From a virus: DNA of 64,000 nucleotides. The notes below the pieces were generated by a model, which worked only from the letters and a program-made list of their open reading frames with translations, ran no database searches and had not been told where the DNA came from. Where the stretch lies: positions 32,212 through 96,211 of the IMG/VR virus record IMGVR_UViG_3300023184_002781; one strand, 5' to 3'. The translations under genes and the position numbers were made by a program. Each line of letters starts with the position of its first letter. Within the stretch, counting starts at the first letter, position 1. Positions 9,272 to 15,642 of this stretch are shown piece by piece.

Positions 9272-9742
9272 TTAGTTAAATTGCATAAGTTTATTAAAAC
9301 TTCTCATCACCGTTTTTAGATGTTCTTCTTTTTTATACCTATCTATTTTTGCTTTGGTATACATAACATCTGCCCTATCTATCATTTTAGTTTTGATATT
9401 TTTCTCTGCTAATTTGGTATGTAGTTCTTCATCAAACAATGAATATCCATAGCCTGTATCAGCATCGACAATTTCATCATCTATGTATTTGCCTAATGCT
9501 AATCTATTGGCCAGTACTGCTGCTGTTTGTGGGAGATTAATTTTGTCCAGGATTACTTCTTTTTCGAAGTCTAAAATGCAATAAAACCCATCGTTTTTAC
9601 GTTTAATTGCGTAGTTTCCTACATTAATTGTGCCATCTTTACTTCTAACTGGTACAACTATACCTTGCTGTAGTAATTTTGATTTAGCATCTTTGCTGAG
9701 TTTTTCTATTGTTGAATAGACATTGTTAGGTAGTTGTTTCAT
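9272..9742 (-). CDS. Hypothetical protein (156 aa)
   Basis: ORF in operon, overlapping the upstream gene. Confidence 0.75.
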   Translation of the reverse strand: MKQLPNNVYSTIEKLSKDAKSKLLQQGIVVPVRSKDGTINVGNYAIKRKNDGFYCILDFEKEVILDKINLPQTAAVLANRLALGKYIDDEIVDADTGYGYSLFDEELHTKLAEKNIKTKMIDRADVMYTKAKIDRYKKEEHLKTVMRSFNKLMQFN

Positions 9743-9935
9743 CTATTTGTTTTACTATTGTTCGACTATCTTTACTTATCGAGTAAATTCCCTTGCGGAC
9801 AAGGTTCTGAGCAAGCCATTGATCATGCTCGTCTAAACTAGTAATAGATACACTATCCTTATGCGTATCAACAAAGGATAGTTCTTCATTGGTGAGAACT
9901 ATGTGCATACCTGATAATAACTGACCTATTTTCAT
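9726..9935 (-). CDS. Hypothetical protein (69 aa)
   Basis: ATGA-coupled ORF. Confidence 0.7.
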   Translation of the reverse strand: MKIGQLLSGMHIVLTNEELSFVDTHKDSVSITSLDEHDQWLAQNLVRKGIYSISKDSRTIVKQIDETTT

Positions 9936-10282
9936 ACTTTTGGTGGTTGCTGCATTTGTTGCTGCATCTGTTGTTGTTTTTGTTTTAGACCTAGAATCTG
10001 TGCAGCAATTTTATCAAGGTCGGTCATTGTATCTTGCATACCTTGTTGCATTGCAGGAGGTTGTCCCATTGGTTGCCCAGCAGGTTGTTGATTACCTAAT
10101 GTAGGAGCAGGTTGTCCCGCTTGTGGAATTTGTCCAGGCGGTGCAGGAGGAGGTGTTTGTCCAGGTGGAGTTGGAGGAGGTGTTTGTCCAGGTGGAGTTG
10201 ATTTTGGTAATCCATTCGGACTAACTGGATCAGTTGTAGATCCTATAGGCGCTACGGCTTCGACTAATTCTGATATACGCAT
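9932..10282 (-). CDS. Pro/Gln-rich protein with PPGQTPPP repeats (MRISELVE N-terminus)
   Basis: 27-bp tandem repeat near 10135-10200; poly-Q C-terminus. Confidence 0.75.
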   Translation of the reverse strand: MRISELVEAVAPIGSTTDPVSPNGLPKSTPPGQTPPPTPPGQTPPPAPPGQIPQAGQPAPTLGNQQPAGQPMGQPPAMQQGMQDTMTDLDKIAAQILGLKQKQQQMQQQMQQPPKV

Positions 10283-10283
10283 A

Positions 10284-10604
10284 TTATTTTAAAATGCCTA
10301 ATAATGTTTCAGCATGTCCTGTAATCCATCCTGCTGCTGCTAGAGCGCCTGCACCAAGATAAACCCATTTTGTTTTAAATTGCTCAAGGGCTTTGATCTT
10401 GCCTGCTAATTCACCATGTTGATCGACATTAGCCTTATGCATTACAGCAAGTTGATCCATGATGCTATCACGTGTCTTGTCTAGACAATCATGCATTTCC
10501 TTGACATCTACTTTGAGATCGTCAATCTTTTCTTCAATGTTATCGACTTTTGTTTCTAATACGCTAACACGTTCGGGAACGGTAGCAAGTGCTTCACGGG
10601 CCAT
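10284..10604 (-). CDS. Coiled-coil protein with C-terminal transmembrane segment (XhlA/holin-like topology)
   Basis: Heptad repeats then WVYLGAGALAAAGWITG; AGGAG SD supports start at 10604 rather than 10631. Confidence 0.6.
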   Translation of the reverse strand: MAREALATVPERVSVLETKVDNIEEKIDDLKVDVKEMHDCLDKTRDSIMDQLAVMHKANVDQHGELAGKIKALEQFKTKWVYLGAGALAAAGWITGHAETLLGILK

Positions 10605-10647
10605 CTCTGGTCTCTCCTTTAGGGTGTACAAATTTCCGACTTATTGC

Positions 10648-11073
10648 CTAAATTGTGCCTTTGATTGCCTTGATGATGGTATTCTTGGAAGACGCATCTA
10701 TTAGTTCGAAAATGGCCTTCTCGATATTTATCGTTTCGGATAACTTTTTAATTACCGGAACACCTTCAATATCACCATATAACGATCCCACAGGATTGAT
10801 ACCATCTGAATATACATCTGTACGATCTGGATTAAATCTAAATGTCCATACAGCATGTTTACCTTTGTACTTAGAGCCAAACCCTAAATCTTTAATATCC
10901 ACTACTTGCATCTCAGGTGAAAAATCATAGGAGATGATTGATCTAATTTCAATACATTGTTTTAATGTAACAAAATTTCTATATTGTTCTAGTTCTAATT
11001 GTGTTCCCTGATTAGGTCTTGCAACCTTGGTATCAGTGATATCGATTAAAGTTTGTATTTCTATTGTTTGCAT
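10648..11073 (-). CDS. Hypothetical protein (141 aa)
   Basis: ORF preceded by TAAATA (11091-11096) and AGGT. Confidence 0.75.
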   Translation of the reverse strand: MQTIEIQTLIDITDTKVARPNQGTQLELEQYRNFVTLKQCIEIRSIISYDFSPEMQVVDIKDLGFGSKYKGKHAVWTFRFNPDRTDVYSDGINPVGSLYGDIEGVPVIKKLSETINIEKAIFELIDASSKNTIIKAIKGTI

Positions 11074-11102
11074 AATATACCTATATAATATATTTATGTC
11101 GT

Positions 11103-11130
11103 AAAAAAAGGCTCTTCAAAAGAACCTTTT
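11103..11130 (-). terminator. Rho-independent terminator
   Basis: AAGGTTCTT-TTG-AAGAGCCTT followed by a T run, downstream of 11146..11562. Confidence 0.8.
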
Positions 11131-11145
11131 CATTATCTAATTAAA

Positions 11146-11562
11146 TTAGAGAGCAACACCACGTACATCTGCTGCCACCGTTGTAAGAGTATTAGAATAC
11201 CCTTGTAACGCACCTGTGCTAGTAGCAATTGCAACAATAGCCTGTTGGCATGCTAGTGGGAATGTTTCGGTGCTGTTATCACCATCGTAGTCTGCTGTAC
11301 CAAATGCACCACCTAATGCTGCTACGGCAATACTCAGGGTTGTAGTAGTAGCATATCTTGGCGTACCGATAATTTCAATACTGGCTAGTTGAGCAATAGC
11401 ATCTAATGCTTGTACCACTGGGCTTTGTACTCCACTTACTCTATCTAATTTTGATGTTAAATCTACGTTTGGAAATGAAATAGTTAAAAATTGTAGTGTT
11501 ACACCATTCTTATATGCCGGTGCAACTAACTTCTCGTGTGTTTTTGTTATTCCTGTTGGCAT
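11146..11562 (-). CDS. Small Ala/Thr-rich probable virion structural protein (138 aa)
   Basis: Own TAAATA promoter (11584-11589), AAGGAG SD and terminator; resembles 11651..12049. Confidence 0.65.
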   Translation of the reverse strand: MPTGITKTHEKLVAPAYKNGVTLQFLTISFPNVDLTSKLDRVSGVQSPVVQALDAIAQLASIEIIGTPRYATTTTLSIAVAALGGAFGTADYDGDNSTETFPLACQQAIVAIATSTGALQGYSNTLTTVAADVRGVAL

Positions 11563-11603
11563 TTTGGAATCTCCTTAATAATGTATTTATTGATGTTGAT
11601 CAA

Positions 11604-11633
11604 GAAAAAAGGGAGTTAGAACTCCCTTTTTTC
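11604..11633. terminator. Bidirectional Rho-independent terminator
   Basis: Perfect inverted repeat GAAAAAAGGGAGTT-AG-AACTCCCTTTTTTC. Confidence 0.9.
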
Positions 11634-11650
11634 ATAGTACCTAATTAATA

Positions 11651-12049
11651 TTAAGCTAGTGTGAATCCACCAGTTGGTGTTAAAGCACGGTTAGCTGCGT
11701 TTGTAGTAACAGTGTATGTACCGGCTCCAACAGCATCAACTAATGCATCATGCAATGCACCATATGCTCCAGTAGTAGTTGCACCAGCACCCTTGTTGAA
11801 TGTTGGCTCGTCTACCATGAAACAGATGTTGTTGTTAGTTTGTGAGCTAAGCCATAGTACGCTGCCTAATGCCTGTACTGCCTTAACTGCTTTAGAATAA
11901 CCGCCTTCTGTAATTGCACCAGTAGTGCCGCTAACTGAGTCAGCTGTGAATGCTGCTGATTCAGCAATTTGAATAACCAATGGTTGATAACCGCTGAAAA
12001 AAGATCCAGCTGCTACCTGTCCGTGTACTTTTAATGCTCTTGTTGCCAT
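11651..12049 (-). CDS. Small Ala/Gly/Thr-rich probable virion structural protein (132 aa)
   Basis: TAAATA (12104-12109), 5'UTR hairpin AAGTTTC/GAAACTT, AGGAG SD, own terminator. Confidence 0.65.
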   Translation of the reverse strand: MATRALKVHGQVAAGSFFSGYQPLVIQIAESAAFTADSVSGTTGAITEGGYSKAVKAVQALGSVLWLSSQTNNNICFMVDEPTFNKGAGATTTGAYGALHDALVDAVGAGTYTVTTNAANRALTPTGGFTLA

Positions 12050-12119
12050 TTTAAAATCTCCTAATCTGTTTTTTAAGTTTCCCCATGAAACTTTGTATGT
12101 TTTTATTTATCTCAATTAG

Positions 12120-12144
12120 AAAAAAATTAACCAAATGGCTAATT
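12120..12144 (-). terminator. Probable Rho-independent terminator
   Basis: AATTAGCC-ATTT-GGTTAATT then TTTTT at the stop of 12143..12442. Confidence 0.6.
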
Positions 12145-12442
12145 AATCGTCGTTTTTGACATCGCCTTCAACAATTTTTAAATGTTTTGCTGTTTCTTTG
12201 TTATCACGTAGCTTACGTATGCCACGGGTAAATTTGTTTGGATCTGCTGCTTTGATGCTATTAATTAATCTACGTTCAAGTTCATACGCATCTTCTGTAG
12301 AGAAGTTTTCTTTAATAAGTGCTAATAGATTGATTGCACTATCAATAACATGTGTAGCCCTGGCTTCAATTATGGCTTCGCTGTTTTTCTTTTCCGATAT
12401 AGAATTGAGTTCTTCTAATAGGCTTCGTGTTGCTCTTTTCAA
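12143..12442 (-). CDS. Hypothetical helical protein (99 aa, TTG start)
   Basis: AAGGA SD; TAAATA and TGnTATAAT upstream. Confidence 0.75.
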   Translation of the reverse strand: MKRATRSLLEELNSISEKKNSEAIIEARATHVIDSAINLLALIKENFSTEDAYELERRLINSIKAADPNKFTRGIRKLRDNKETAKHLKIVEGDVKNDD

Positions 12443-12512
12443 GATGTTATCCTTGTTATCTGATATTTAGTAGATTATAGCACATACCTTTGGAGAAATA
12501 AAGTCTTATAAA

Positions 12513-12572
12513 ATGTTGCATTGCAGCATCTTTCATATTATAATTGATAAATACTCAGTAGAAACACTGAGT
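12513..12572 (+). promoter_or_regulatory. Sigma70 promoter with PhaR-type operator over -35, adjacent late TAAATA and 5' hairpin
   Basis: TTGCAT(12516)-N17-TATAAT(12539); dyad ATGTTGCATTGCAGCAT 12513-12529; TAAATA 12548-12553; hairpin ACTCAGT-AGAAAC-ACTGAGT 12553-12572. Confidence 0.7.
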
Positions 12573-12602
12573 CTCTACAATATTTTAACAACAGGAGAAA
12601 AT

Positions 12603-12776
12603 ATGTTAAACCAACTAGCTGAATACTTCCATAAGATGTTTCAGAATTTTAGTGAGCCACAAACTTACAGTTCCGCATTAGAGGAATATATTGTTAGACA
12701 TGCACCACAAGATACTTGTGATGTAGATCGTCTAACTCGTCAATTTGAAATAAATCAATCACGTAGGGGATGGTAA
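12603..12776 (+). CDS. Small protein, DUF3563-like (57 aa)
   Basis: CAGGAG SD supports ATG 12603; amphipathic N-terminus and EEYI..HAPQDTCDVDRLTRQFE resembles the DUF3563 pattern as recalled. Confidence 0.6.
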   Translation: MLNQLAEYFHKMFQNFSEPQTYSSALEEYIVRHAPQDTCDVDRLTRQFEINQSRRGW

Positions 12777-12778
12777 TC

Positions 12779-12913
12779 ATGAAAATATTAAAAGCAATCT
12801 ACAATTTTTTAGGTGAGATGGGTCGTGCCCATGCTGCTTCAAATTTAGCACGTAGTGGTGATCATAAAGGTGCTCAAAGAATCATGATGACAGAATTTAA
12901 AGGCTGGATTTAA
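12779..12913 (+). CDS. Small amphipathic protein, 44 aa (not in ORF track)
   Basis: MKILKAIYNFLGEMGRAHAASNLARSGDHKGAQRIMMTEFKGWI; purine-rich SD, 2 nt after the upstream stop. Confidence 0.75.
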   Translation: MKILKAIYNFLGEMGRAHAASNLARSGDHKGAQRIMMTEFKGWI

Positions 12914-12926
12914 TTGCTCATATAAA

Positions 12927-12955
12927 TTGCAATATAAATAACAATGCAGTACAAT
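12927..12955 (+). promoter_or_regulatory. Nested sigma70 and T4-type late promoter
   Basis: TTGCAA-N17-TACAAT with exact TATAAATA (12933-12940) inside the spacer. Confidence 0.65.
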
Positions 12956-12986
12956 TACTGCTAGACACATACACAAGGAAATAAAA

Positions 12987-13268
12987 ATGTTTAATAAAAT
13001 GTTCGCACCATATCTAACACTTGACGCACATATCGAAGCGTTCCAAGAAACCAAGCGAGGCCTAACAGATAAGATCATTACCGATCCTACACTGAACAAG
13101 GCAGCACACGAATACATCGATGCTCAGACTGAGTTTGCTAAAATGTTAGCACACAACTTTACTGAACTCGCAAAATATTCCATGGATTCAATCTCTGACA
13201 AGTTGTTTCCTAAGAATGAAGAAGTAGCCGAGGCTAAGGCTACACGTAGCAAGAAGGCTACTGCCTAA
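12987..13268 (+). CDS. Phasin-like amphipathic helical protein (93 aa)
   Basis: All-helical pattern IEAFQETKR...EYIDAQTEFAKML, Ala/Lys-rich tail; downstream of a PhaR-type box. CDS is solid, function inferred. Confidence 0.55.
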   Translation: MFNKMFAPYLTLDAHIEAFQETKRGLTDKIITDPTLNKAAHEYIDAQTEFAKMLAHNFTELAKYSMDSISDKLFPKNEEVAEAKATRSKKATA

Positions 13269-13293
13269 GACATACACACACAAGGAGAAAATT

Positions 13294-13581
13294 ATGTCAA
13301 ACGCAAAAGATTGGGCACCAAAGGTTCCTGAAGTTAAATTCAATAAAAACGGTTACGAAATCCGTACAGACATTCTCGGAATGGCTAAAAGCCTAGTACA
13401 AGACGATTTTCATGCTAAATTCCAAGGCTGGGAAATGACTGCTACTCGTGATGAGAAGACTGGTCAAATCGTTAGTACAGTAGCAATGCCAACTTTTCCA
13501 GGACTAGATAAAGTTCTAGAGACAGCTGAAAAAATGTATTCATTTGTTAATGCTGGTAGTACTACTGCATCTAAAAAATAA
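13294..13581 (+). CDS. Hypothetical protein (95 aa)
   Basis: AAGGAG SD; NGYEIRTDILGMAK motif; last gene of the plus-strand island. Confidence 0.8.
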   Translation: MSNAKDWAPKVPEVKFNKNGYEIRTDILGMAKSLVQDDFHAKFQGWEMTATRDEKTGQIVSTVAMPTFPGLDKVLETAEKMYSFVNAGSTTASKK

Positions 13582-13611
13582 TATAATAAAAATATATAGG
13601 ACGTAGTCCAG

Positions 13612-13640
13612 AAGCCCCGGCATTAGCTCGGGGCTTTTTT
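13612..13640 (+). terminator. Rho-independent terminator between convergent genes
   Basis: AAGCCCCGGC-ATTA-GCTCGGGGCTT followed by a T run. Confidence 0.88.
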
Positions 13641-13648
13641 ACGATTCT

Positions 13649-14053
13649 TTAGATTGGCTGGCTGCGTAAGAATTGCGGGTGTTGCTTATTGAAGTGACGC
13701 ATAATAACACCGGCAATCTCGTGTGCTTGATTTTCTTCAGGTGATCCTGTTTCACCACTATTGTTATTAAGTTGATTACTTATATCTTGTTTAAAATGAA
13801 CCAATTCGTGTGCTACTGTACGTAAAATATCTACAGGATGACGATTAAGAATAGCAACATGCAGAGTTTTTTCATCATTGACGTACATACCAAAACTTGG
13901 TTGTCCGCCTGAATCTATTTCAGATTCAAAATTCATCTTAGGAAGTCTATCTATCTCTAAGATTTCCATAGCCAAGGGAAGAAACTTTTTAAACATATCA
14001 ACGAATGTTTCTTTAGATTCTCTGCCTTCAACTAATAACTCGATAATTTGCAT
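13649..14053 (-). CDS. Zincin-like metallopeptidase domain protein
   Basis: RTVAHELVHFKQ (HExxH) plus downstream ENQA; TAAATA 4 nt before ATG. Confidence 0.75.
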   Translation of the reverse strand: MQIIELLVEGRESKETFVDMFKKFLPLAMEILEIDRLPKMNFESEIDSGGQPSFGMYVNDEKTLHVAILNRHPVDILRTVAHELVHFKQDISNQLNNNSGETGSPEENQAHEIAGVIMRHFNKQHPQFLRSQPI

Positions 14054-14070
14054 ACTGTATTTAGTTTTAC

Positions 14071-14625
14071 TTAATTCTTACGAAATAACTGTAATGATTT
14101 AAATCGTGGCATTTCTTCTATATCAGATCGTGATTCTAACCAATTTTCTATTACATTTTTAGTTAGACTATACCCATTAGATCCTGTATAAAATAATATA
14201 TATCCTTGTGGTTTTACTTTATTTGTTAGCATAGTTAATAATTCAAGATCAGTCATTGCACTATATTCGTCGTTACTACTATTCCTAAATTCGCATAAAT
14301 GAAATAAAGTTATTATATCAAAATTAGGTAAGAGATTTTCATCCAACAAGTATATATCTCCAAAAAATGCTTTATAATTTTTAGATATATGTGGTTTATC
14401 TATGGATAATTTAATATATTCTTGGTATTCTTCTATACTTGCAGTAATGCCTAATACTGAATTGGCAGTGTTTGATCCAACAAAGTGATGATTACCCGTA
14501 CCAAAATGAAATATATTAGAATTGATTATTTTATTATTCTTTAGCCAAATTATAAATTCTACATCGCATGGACATACAGAATATTTTAAAGGCCAACTAT
14601 CATTATAAAAATTTAATTTACTCAT
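14071..14625 (-). CDS. Putative class I SAM-dependent methyltransferase
   Basis: IFHFGTG motif I, FDIITLFH, KPQGYILF; very AT-rich gene. Confidence 0.6.
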   Translation of the reverse strand: MSKLNFYNDSWPLKYSVCPCDVEFIIWLKNNKIINSNIFHFGTGNHHFVGSNTANSVLGITASIEEYQEYIKLSIDKPHISKNYKAFFGDIYLLDENLLPNFDIITLFHLCEFRNSSNDEYSAMTDLELLTMLTNKVKPQGYILFYTGSNGYSLTKNVIENWLESRSDIEEMPRFKSLQLFRKN

Positions 14626-14632
14626 AAATTTA

Positions 14633-14729
14633 GTGCCGGTTACTTTCTCCGGCGTACACTAACGGGGTACAGTCTTATTCATCCGGACGCCTTTGCCGTG
14701 GCTTCCAACGGAACCTAAGGTAGGTGTTC
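14633..14729 (-). ncRNA. Candidate structured RNA of unknown class
   Basis: About 53% GC intergenic island; stems CCGU(U)GG/CCACGG, GUAC/GUAC, GCCGG/CCGGC, ACCU/AGGU. Strand inferred from context. Confidence 0.55.
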
Positions 14730-14833
14730 TATGCTGGACTATATGGGTTACGAGGCCTATCAGTACCGTCGTCCTCCGGGTATACCGGATATTCGTTATT
14801 AGTCGGCTGATTTGCATTTGGCTCGTTTTGCAT
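14729..14833 (-). CDS. 34-aa acidic Pro-rich peptide (not in ORF track)
   Basis: MQNEPNANQPTNNEYPVYPEDDGTDRPRNPYSPA; GGAG 9 nt upstream of ATG; overlaps the nuclease 3' end. Confidence 0.55.
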   Translation of the reverse strand: MQNEPNANQPTNNEYPVYPEDDGTDRPRNPYSPA

Positions 14834-15611
14834 TAGTTAGTGCTCCAAAATCTACAGGCCATTCTTGTCCTGGGTTGAGTTCTTTGTATCCCGGTGGAAG
14901 TGCATATATTACACCTGCTTCAGTTTGAATCTGTGAAACTGGAATACGAAACGCTTTAAGATCATTTCCTAAATTAGGATAAGGTGCAACATGGGGAAAA
15001 CGCCATCCTGCAACTTCTTTGGTTGTGTTATTAATAACAATTTTATAATAACCATGTGGAACAATTATACCATTGCCTATTCTTTTATCCCCAGCACCGT
15101 AGAACGCACCAACAAAGATTGTAAATGGTTGATTTAACTGAACTGCCCAACCACGCACACTAGTTTCTAATAATTTCCAAATTCCTCTATTCAATGATCC
15201 TGCTTGCGGATACATATTAGTCATTAAAAAACTTTCATATTCTACAATTTGACTCCAACTTAAATCTCCATCTGGGGCAGCGTGTCCTTTGTCATATCCT
15301 GTACCAGCATAGTCATCTGGTCGAGCACCGCCCTGTACGCTTTGATCTGATACAAAAGCATTTGTGCGCGGCCAGCATCCTAGTGCATTTTGTGGCAATA
15401 ATGTATATGCTACATATACAGGAATTTTAACAGGTGCATCATATGCTACTAGGTAAGCCTCACGGCAAATAGGCTGTGCTGCTCTTTGAGTAGAAGCAAA
15501 TCCGTATGGGCTATGTATTTGACATGCACCTGGTTGTAATGGGGCACGTTGATCCCAGGCTTGTGCTAATCCTGCTACAAATAGCAAGGCAATGGTTAGT
15601 AGTTTTTTCAT
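14799..15611 (-). CDS. DNA/RNA non-specific endonuclease (NucA/Serratia type) with signal peptide
   Basis: YDKGH, TNMYPQ, LNRGIWKLLE motifs; N-terminal MKKLLTIALLFVAGLAQA. Confidence 0.92.
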   Translation of the reverse strand: MKKLLTIALLFVAGLAQAWDQRAPLQPGACQIHSPYGFASTQRAAQPICREAYLVAYDAPVKIPVYVAYTLLPQNALGCWPRTNAFVSDQSVQGGARPDDYAGTGYDKGHAAPDGDLSWSQIVEYESFLMTNMYPQAGSLNRGIWKLLETSVRGWAVQLNQPFTIFVGAFYGAGDKRIGNGIIVPHGYYKIVINNTTKEVAGWRFPHVAPYPNLGNDLKAFRIPVSQIQTEAGVIYALPPGYKELNPGQEWPVDFGALTNAKRAKCKSAD

Positions 15612-15640
15612 GGTAGTCCTTAATTAACTACCAATATTTA
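15611..15640 (-). promoter_or_regulatory. Late promoter plus start-occluding hairpin
   Basis: Minus strand TAAATA-T-TGGTAGT-TAATTAAGG-ACTACCA-TG; the 7-bp stem includes the A of AUG. Confidence 0.65.
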
Positions 15641-15642
15641 TG

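Noticed and set aside
12513-12602. Upstream start of the 87-aa ORF
   Set aside because: Region holds the promoter, operator and hairpin; the SD supports ATG 12603.
14659-14817. Alternative 52-aa minus-strand ORF (MQISRL...) through the RNA element
   Set aside because: No SD; the 34-aa frame has one. Not formally excluded.
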